A stretch of 58,700 bases of DNA from Girardia tigrina. Taxonomy: Eukaryota. Of this stretch, positions 53,401-58,700 are shown piece after piece. The stretch lies in NCBI GenBank assembly GCA_001938485.1, contig MQRK01242274.1, positions 15,611 to 74,310 of the forward strand, given 5' to 3'. Both the position numbers and the translations under genes were made by a program. Position 1 is the first letter of the stretch, and every line of letters begins with the position of its first letter. The notes under the pieces are model-generated. The model was not told where the DNA came from. It saw only the letters and a list, made by a program, of their open reading frames with translations, and did not search any database.

Positions 53401-53970
53401 TAAACACATTTTTCAAAACAGTCGGTATTTTTTCAATCAAAAATATCGTTGTGAAGATAGAGGATTTTAAAGTTACTAATATTTTTCACACTCGGTCCTT
53501 AAAATACACCAAATCATAAGCAAACACTACAAAAAATTAAAGCAAAAATTAATTTTTTTTCTTCTGGTTTTCATCTTCACACAATTTCGTCGCACTGTTA
53601 ACATTGGATCCGTTTCCATTTGCAGAAATGTGCCTCGGTACGGTGAGTCGTTACATTCATTGATCGACGAGTTTCTGTCGCAACAGCGCGAGAAGATCCA
53701 TAAATCCATCGTATCAGAGGTATCCTTCATTAAAGCGTCTGTCTCGGTCTCATTAATTTTCTCTATCTCTGCGCTCGCAACCAATAGAAACAGAGCTGGC
53801 TGCAGCTGATATTCGGCTACATCCAACTGATCGTCATTCTCGGATTTGTGATATCGATCATCCACTCGCTGGCCGACAATTACGCGGCGCGTCTCCGCAA
53901 ATGGCGCTCCGACTACAACCAGTGCGTTACGACCACCGGTGACGACCAGGCCAAGTTGAAGAACCACTGA
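29463..53970 (+). CDS. VMP1: Vacuole membrane protein 1, complete 6-exon gene, 402 aa: join(29463-29756,35018-35128,40234-40398,40476-40837,53626-53719,53788-53970)
   Basis: All five introns are GT-AG with compatible phases (0,0,0,2,0). The spliced protein has VMP1 motifs: [99 protein letters not shown]. Confidence 0.96.
29790..30740. repeat. Extremely AT-rich low-complexity tract at the start of VMP1 intron 1
   Basis: Almost only A/T, T-biased on the + strand. Confidence 0.85.
30745..32279. mobile_element. TIR element with 5'-TGT termini (possibly Ginger-like) carrying a ~21-bp minisatellite
   Basis: TGTTGTGCCGAATTTGCGCAATTGCC matches the reverse complement of the right end (TGTTATGCCGTATTTGTGTAATTACC); no clear target-site duplication. 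Confidence 0.75.
30970..32110. repeat. Tandem array of ~21-bp units (TTTTTCATATTAAATCGATA), about 50 copies
   Basis: Directly visible; runs of variant units recur as higher-order blocks. Confidence 0.95.
32709..32895 (+). pseudogene. VMP1: Degenerate duplicate of VMP1 exon 1 inside intron 1
   Basis: Near-identical to ~29541-29770 (gaaatcggtcgttaaagaacc...tactattgcttgatg) with a ~33-nt deletion, further indels and a destroyed donor (cagaaa|attagt). Confidence 0.9.
33199..33239 (-). ncRNA. Minimal type I hammerhead ribozyme (intact core)
   Basis: tagt CTGATGA T GACGG ttgat CCGTC GAAA TTGAT C acaa. Confidence 0.8.
33199..33390 (-). mobile_element. Penelope-like 3' end (pseudo-LTR)
   Basis: [25 protein letters not shown], then TATATAAA, a hammerhead and AATAAA. 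Confidence 0.8.
33400..34010 (-). mobile_element. Decayed C2H2 zinc-finger-bearing fragment, probably a non-LTR element
   Basis: [23 protein letters not shown]; resembles the zinc finger at ~46460. Confidence 0.4.
34085..34634 (-). mobile_element. Internally deleted IS630/Tc1-like element
   Basis: Inverted ends CAGTTGAAATGCGA / TCGCATTTCAACTCGAAAACCCTG|TA; HTH remnant [16 protein letters not shown]...[12 protein letters not shown]. Confidence 0.7.
35018..35128 (+). CDS. VMP1: VMP1 exon 2 (IILEMLKK...HTFVLYL)
   Basis: Acceptor AAG at 35015-17, 111 nt, donor GTGAGT at 35129; [23 protein letters not shown] motif. This frame is missed by the ORF track. Confidence 0.95.
36392..37566. mobile_element. 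TG...CA-bounded insert with a 5-bp duplication (ATCAT), carrying the cullin-2 fragment
   Basis: ATCAT at 36387-91 and 37567-71; insert begins TGGCG and ends GAACA; contains an N gap at 37220-37309. Confidence 0.65.
36482..36900 (-). pseudogene. CUL2: Cullin-2-like N-terminal exon fragment (one stop, probable frameshift)
   Basis: [35 protein letters not shown]...AESLY...[23 protein letters not shown]...PTESDICY parallels the CUL2 cullin repeat 1; it ends at a plausible GT donor (gag|gttatt). Confidence 0.8.
40234..40398 (+). CDS. VMP1: VMP1 exon 3 (GPFIAKV...ESMLW)
   Basis: CAG acceptor at 40231-33; [17 protein letters not shown]; donor GT at 40399. Confidence 0.95.
40476..40837 (+). CDS. 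VMP1: VMP1 exon 4 ([16 protein letters not shown]...QANIR)
   Basis: TACAG acceptor ends at 40475; DedA/VTT-domain core; donor GTGAGA at 40838 (phase 2). Confidence 0.96.
41315..42805. mobile_element. Penelope-like element with an inverted duplication (RT thumb plus GIY-YIG)
   Basis: ORFs 41432-41977 (-) and 42034-42669 (+) are near-identical: [31 protein letters not shown]. Confidence 0.92.
41319..41359 (-). ncRNA. Minimal hammerhead ribozyme, GAAA mutated to GAAT
   Basis: TGAC CTGAAGA T GACGG tagat CCGTC GAAT TATAT T GTCA; perfect stems I and II. Confidence 0.7.
43960..44650. mobile_element. Inverted pair of Penelope-like 3' ends, each with a degenerate hammerhead
   Basis: [28 protein letters not shown] (-) and [17 protein letters not shown] (+); hammerhead relics at 43997-44036 (-) and 44573-44613 (+). 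Confidence 0.85.
45650..46870 (+). mobile_element. Decayed RTE/CR1-like non-LTR 3' portion with a C2H2 zinc finger
   Basis: [19 protein letters not shown]...[12 protein letters not shown] (post-RT motif); [24 protein letters not shown]. Confidence 0.65.
49338..49852 (-). mobile_element. Internally deleted mariner (CGAGGG-type TIRs)
   Basis: TA|CGAGGGGCGTTCCGAAA...TTTCGGAACGCCCCTCG|TA; [14 protein letters not shown]...AVYNWV. Confidence 0.9.
50222..50299. repeat. 78-bp mini element with perfect 18-bp inverted ends
   Basis: TAACGGATATTATCAAAT / ATTTGATAATATCCGTTA. Confidence 0.8.
50354..50982. repeat. Foldback-like imperfect inverted repeat with ~280-bp arms
   Basis: ~50354-50632 matches the reverse complement of ~50715-50982; a partial third arm lies at ~50985-51025. 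Confidence 0.8.
51270..52132 (+). mobile_element. Decayed Tc1/mariner-superfamily transposase (DD37E-like)
   Basis: [26 protein letters not shown]...[41 protein letters not shown]. Confidence 0.75.
52150..53384 (-). mobile_element. Full-length Tc1 element (1235 bp)
   Basis: TA|CAGTGCGTTCCA...TGGAACGCACTG|TA flanking an intact ORF. Confidence 0.95.
52266..53306 (-). CDS. Intact Tc1 DD34E transposase, 346 aa
   Basis: [18 protein letters not shown], then 34 residues to NPIENLW; no stops or frameshifts. Confidence 0.93.
   Translation of the reverse strand: MTTRNIDIRFRIIIVELMNEGHSTGRIQEIMKVRHGIIVSKRGIQKIVPKFKTVGTNEDEKRSGRPSKLPKRSERIIRRICMKNRSMSISKITGAFNAAGMIHESRSAVNRILIKYGLKSHYAVYEPLLNGKQRKRRVEWARDKQNWDIDKWSNVVFSDESMFRTYSHTRSEIVRRFDNERLSHICTKKVLQHGAKVRVWGSFSRFGVGIFKRINGNLNWKNYQDLNVNNIEITGQCLVFPLPNFIFQQDNAPCHRSASSVSFLKTKKINILDWPANSPDVNPIENLWGIIKRKINNMDTLNSEKMWTEIQKLWYNIPSSLCRRLVYSMPRRVSSIIKMKGYHIKY
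53626..53719 (+). CDS. VMP1: VMP1 exon 5 (NVPRYGESL...KSIVSE)
   Basis: TTTGCAG acceptor ends at 53625, phase matches exon 4; [11 protein letters not shown] corresponds to VMP1 EYLEAQRQKLH; donor GTATCC at 53720. Confidence 0.92.
53788..53970 (+). CDS. VMP1: VMP1 exon 6, terminal (KQSWLQLIF...KLKNH*)
   Basis: TAG acceptor at 53785-87 (an in-frame alternative CAG lies at 53791-93); final TM helix; TGA at 53968-70. Confidence 0.92.
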   Translation, partial: KQSWLQLIFGYIQLIVILGFVISIIHSLADNYAARLRKWRSDYNQCVTTTGDDQAKLKNH

Positions 53971-54060
53971 GAGATGATCACACTCGATCGATCGATCGAT
54001 CGATATTTGGCGTTCCATTTATGATATATTTATGATATCTATGATATATATATATTGTGT

Positions 54061-54066
54061 AATAAA
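54061..54066 (+). promoter_or_regulatory. Likely VMP1 polyadenylation signal AATAAA
   Basis: AATAAA about 90 nt after the stop, followed by a U/C-rich tract. Confidence 0.6.
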
Positions 54067-54637
54067 TAGACCGTGTTCTCTCTCTCTTTCACACGATTCG
54101 GTATTCTCTGTCTCGCGCTTGCTCTCTCTCTTTTGTTCAATCTTTCTCCTCTCTTTTTTGAGTTTCGATTAATAATATTCAACTCGGTGATCGATTTTGT
54201 CTTTCAATCAATCGATCTTTATTGTCAATATTGATTTGGAAGTGATGTGTCGTGTGGTGTTGAGAGGGCAGTTGTTTGTGTCTTGGTTAGAGTAGCAGTG
54301 GTGGCGGTGGGAGGGGCGGGNGTAATGGGGTGGCGGGAGTCTCGTGATCGTCGTTGCCAGACAGAGCGTGTTTCAACAAACAATGTCACAGAATTGCTCA
54401 ATTAAATCGCGTTTTTCCAAGTTTTCCAACAAAGTGAGTTTGATGATCCATGAATCGGAACATCATTTCTAATTAATACTCAAATAATCATTCATTAAAC
54501 ACTCATATTTATGAATTACTAAACCGGCTGCCTCACTCAGAGCAACCTGTTTGAAGAGGTGTGTGGACACCTAACAGGATGAAAAACAAAATCTAGCAAA
54601 GAGCGGATGAGCTCCTTGGAGCAAACGGCCATCCATA

Positions 54638-55632
54638 ACTGGAGAGGAGATAGGCGCCACCAGGTTCCTTGCTTACTGAGACACTGAAATAAATATGCAA
54701 ATCCAAGCCATATGTTTGTGCATAATTGAGTGCACCCACGGACCAAAGGCTACGGTATCAAAAAAAATATGAATTACACATGAATAACTCACTCTAATAA
54801 AATAAAATCAAACAACTAACAGCCGTGAATCACTGGAGAGGAGATAGGGGACACCAGGTTCCTTGCCTACTGAGACACTCAAATAAATATGCAATCCCAA
54901 GCTATATGCTTGTGCATAATTGAGTGAGCCCACGGCCCAAAGGCTACGGTACCAAAAAAATAATGATTACACATGAATAGAGGTGGTACGTTTCGCGTTT
55001 AAACGTTTTTGATTTTTAAGACGTTTAAACGTATTTCAAGTTCGTATTTCAAACTCACGACATGGGTTATACTTTTTTGAAACTTTTATCACGCTACGTA
55101 AGGCCTATTCATTTGTAAAGAACACATTGAGCTTTTTCTAGGGACTATAAATACAAAATATCAAAAGTGGTATTAATATCATATTTGAAAATTGCATCAA
55201 AATTTCCAGTAACTTTTTTTGTTAGACGTAAAATTATTTAAATTATGTTAGTTTTCTAAAATTTTTTCGAGTAAAAAAGTTTTAAAAACAAAATGTTTTG
55301 TATTGAAGAAAAGGTATTGGTTTTTTATGAAGCTTATAATTAAAATTTTAAACGTTTAATTTGCAAAACGAAGACCGTTAAAACGTTTAGAAAATTTTAA
55401 ACCGTGCCCACGTCTATTTATTACGCTAAACGAAGACCGTTTAAAAGTTTAGAGAATTTTCAAAAGTACCTACATCTATCAATGCTGTTAGAGATCGTTT
55501 AAACGTTTTTTTAATTAATTTGCTAAACGAAGACCGTTTAAACGGTTAGAAAATTTAAAAACCTGCCCACGTCTACACATGAATAACTCACTCTAATACA
55601 ATAAAATCAAACAACTAACAGCCGTGAATTAC
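54638..55632. repeat. ~194-bp tandem duplication; the second unit is interrupted by an hAT MITE
   Basis: actggagaggagatagg...acagccgtgaat occurs twice. Confidence 0.9.
54978..55575. mobile_element. hAT-family MITE with a triplicated right end
   Basis: Perfect 8-bp duplication CACATGAA (54970-77, 55576-83); ends TAGAGGTGG / CCACGTCTA; repeated AAACG motifs. Confidence 0.9.
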
Positions 55633-57391
55633 TGTCATATTATAAAATCATTTGAGAATCGGTCTAAAATAGCCAGGAAAACTTTAAAGTGTACGATTTG
55701 TAGGAAATTATTTTCGAGTTGCTACGAAAGTTGCAACAAAAAAAAATGGTCTCAGTCAATCACTGAATTCACAAAAAATGTAATAATGATTCCTGTTACT
55801 TAATTAAAATGAACTTACAATTATTTAGTAACAATTTGACGTCTTTCAATTTGCGTGGTAAATGAGCAATAACACTAGAAGTACAGGGGTGTTGATCTTA
55901 TATTTATAACATTTTTTCATTAAAAATCTTTGCAAACCATTTATAAGATGTTCTTTAAATGATTCTTTAAATCTCATCAGAGAGCCACTTTTGGAACAAG
56001 AAAGTGACTTGACCATCCAAAGCCGAATCCCTAACAGCAATGATTTGGCCAATTTAAAAAGGTTTGTATATTGATGTTTTTGTGTGGGAGATAACACATT
56101 GTCTAAATTAAGTAATTTTTATAAACGTTTGACTATATATAAATTGGCCAATCATTGACGATAATACATGAGTGTATAAGTCTCCAAAAGATAATATCAA
56201 AAATATAATTTGTTGTGCTCACTTACGGTATTCTGACGCTGAATTGACTAAGATATTGTTCAGTATTTTTTTATTGACGCGGTTGTCTACTTTTTGTAAT
56301 TGTATGACGTTAAAATTATATTACAATGTTCAGAGCGACCTATAGACGACTTAATTTTGCATATCTACTGGGTCTCCTGCAATCGGAAAATGATTGTTTG
56401 GTACTGTTCAAAATAACTTGTTCTTTTCTTTGAGATAAAAAAAGGAGGTGTAATTTAGTGAAGAAATATTATATAGTAACATTATACCATCATGAATATG
56501 AACTGGCGTATGAGAGAACTACTTTCTGTGCAAGTTATATACCGATTCCTAACTTATCTTTAATATAAAACTAAAGAATACTTTTATTTTAAAAAAGTAA
56601 ACGTGTCACATCAAATTTCCTATCTAAATATGGCATTCCAAACTAAGACTATTTAAATTAACCATCTGCAATTAATTTGTGCGAAATAATTGTTTGTCAA
56701 TATTATTAACTATTGACTCAATAGTTAAGGTGGTGAATGTCAGTATTTTTACTCTTCTTCTCCGTACTGCAGTTTAATGACAAGGACTTTGATCGTCAAG
56801 AGTCTATGGGAATGCATTTAGTGCAAATTGAGGTCGTCAATCATAATGAGCTAGCAGGTGATACAGATAAAAATGCCGTCTTCAAGGGAATACGCGATAA
56901 AAAGAAGTGTTGAGGTCTTCTGGTGTTTATAAGTTTTATTAAAAGCAAAACACAGTAGATTTTATACTCTGTTAATAATTACAAGATTACAGAGAACCTT
57001 TTAGGTATTACTCAGTACTAATTATTTAATTATTTTTTCTATCACCTTTCGATGTAGAATAAAAGTAAATATGTGATTTTATTAAAAAGTATTTCTTTAA
57101 TAACTTGTGCGCTCGTTCAAATTCTAACATTATTTTCATAGTCTCTTCAAGAACAGGGGTAATTAAAATTCAATATATCAGTAACTGATCGTCTCCGTGT
57201 AAAAATCAGTATTGAAGATCTCAATAATTAACAGTTTCTGGGTGATAATCGAAATTCAATAGCTAAATTATCTTTTCTCTCACGCACTAGGATTTGCACT
57301 CTCTGTAAGGTTTAACCCCTTGTCTGTTATATCATAATTTTACATCTCATATATTTTCTTACTGTCTTGTTTATTATTATTAATTTAACTA

Positions 57392-57540
57392 CAGTGAAAG
57401 TCGCTTAATAGGACTACTGGTTAATATGACCAGCCGCTTAATAGGACCAGATTCTGTGGGACCGAATCATTTCCTATGTTTCGAATATTAAAGCAGCCGC
57501 TTAATAGGACCAGTAAAAGTCAGTTAATGGGACTACTCAT
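57392..57540 (+). mobile_element. pogo/Tigger-like terminal fragment
   Basis: TA|CAGTGAAAGTCGCTTAATAGGAC with repeated GCTTAATAGGACCAG motifs. Confidence 0.6.
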
Positions 57541-57632
57541 GAAACTGTTTGATCCTTCAAACAACATGAAAGTCATGAGAAACGTGTTTTTAGCGTAGGT
57601 CATACACCCACCCCAATCAACATACACATACA

Positions 57633-58260
57633 AGTAGGGGAAAAATGAGAGTTCTCCACCACCCCCCCCCCGGGGGGTCGTAACTAGTTACCGTGGTTGC
57701 CATGGCAACGGTCGCGGTTACCATGGCAACGGTTGCGATCACCATAGCAACGGTCGCGATCACCTTAGGAACGGTCGCGGTTACCATGGCAACGGTCGCG
57801 ATCACCTTAGCAACGCTTCTGATTGGCTGCCGGGTCCCTAGCAACGGTCGCGATCACCTTGGCAACGCTTCTGATTGACCGCCCGGTTCCCTAGCAACGG
57901 TCGCGATCACCTTAGAAACGCTTCTGATTGGTTCCTTGGTTCCCTAGTAACGGTCGCGAAACTGGGGGCGATCGCCCCCATTCACTACAGCAACTCTTCT
58001 GATTGGTCGACGGTTCCCTAGCAACGGTCGCGATCGTCATAGCAACGGTCGCGAGCACCTTAGCAACGGTTCCAGTTCACTTGGAAAGGCTTCTGATTGG
58101 TTCCTAGTTCCCTAACAACGGTCACGGTTACCATCGCAACGTAACCAGTTACCGCGCACGGTTACCATGGCCTAGGCAGCAACGGTCACGGTTACCATGG
58201 CCTAGACAGCAACGGTCACCATCACCATAGCCTAGGCAGCAACGCTTCTGATTAGTCGAC
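57633..58260 (+). repeat. GC-rich ~21/52-bp tandem array of RFX X-box and CCAAT (Y-box) motifs; probable transposon terminus
   Basis: Starts AGTAGGGGAAAAATG; GTTGCCATGGCAAC at 57696-57709; repeated CC(A/T)T(A/G)GCAAC and TTCTGATTGG. Confidence 0.85.
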
Positions 58261-58265
58261 GGCTG

Positions 58266-58585
58266 TTATTGGGTTATGTCTATATATAGACAGTGGGGAA
58301 TCACCCATACTGGGTTGGGTTGGGTTGGGTTATTGGGTTATTGGGTTATGTCTATATATAGACAGTGGGGAATCACCCATACTGGGTTTGGTTGGGTTGG
58401 GTTATTGGGTTATTGGGTTATGTCTATATATAGACAGTGGGGAATCACCCATACTGGGTTGGGTTGGGTTATTGGGTTATTGGGTTATTGGGTTATGTCT
58501 ATATATAGGCAGTGAGGAATCACCCATACTGGGTTGGGTTGGGTTGGGTTATTGGGTTATGTCTATATATAGACAGTGGGGAATG
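58266..58585 (+). repeat. Tandem ~65-75-bp units: palindrome, hairpin and (TTGGG)n tract
   Basis: TGTCTATATATAGACA occurs 5 times (one variant), each followed by GTGGGGAAT; the first four continue CACCCATACT and GGGTT repeats. Confidence 0.95.
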
Positions 58586-58700
58586 GTTTAGTACCAAAAT
58601 GGAGGTCTTTTAGACAATCTTGAGTAAATCCTCTATAATTGATATTACACAGCATTTTGTTAAAAATGTACGACAGTATTCATTTCAATTCAAAATCCTA

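Noticed and set aside
53527-54018. 163-aa minus-strand ORF
   Set aside because: Antisense shadow of VMP1 exons 5-6; the + strand has the splice sites and the homology.
4386-58260. One 54-kb element bounded by the two X-box arrays
   Set aside because: The shared AGTAG ends face inward rather than outward, and the flanks show no TSD.
57617-58591. Repetitive ORFs (VAMVTAT..., GWVGLLG...)
   Set aside because: Translation artefacts of tandem repeats.

Overview
Very AT-rich, transposon-dense eukaryotic (probably animal) scaffold with N gaps; it is not prokaryotic. One complete host gene can be rebuilt by hand: a 6-exon, 402-aa VMP1 (vacuole membrane protein 1) on the + strand, 29463-53970, with two tiny introns (77 and 68 nt) and three TE-filled introns (5.3, 5.1 and 12.8 kb). 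There is also an orphan single-exon ORF resembling a secreted peptide precursor (18340-18573, -), a decayed DUF3638-like NTPase gene (~15.3-16.4 kb) and a cullin-2 5' fragment. The rest is mobile DNA: mariners, an intact DD34E Tc1, DD41D- and DD37E-like relics, pogo/Tigger, hAT and Mutator-like MITEs, a Helentron derivative, a Ty3/gypsy relic, RLE- and RTE-type non-LTR fragments, and several Penelope-like (GIY-YIG) pieces whose 3' ends carry minimal hammerhead ribozymes. The most unusual items are (i) a TG...CA insert flanked by a 5-bp duplication that carries a cullin-2 exon into a mariner, (ii) a repeat family with a 5'-AGTAG end built from arrays of RFX X-box plus NF-Y Y-box modules at fixed 25-nt spacing, followed by palindrome/G-quadruplex units, (iii) covarying hammerheads, and (iv) an apparent filled/empty target pair for a site-specific retroelement. 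All family assignments are from recalled motifs; no searches were run.
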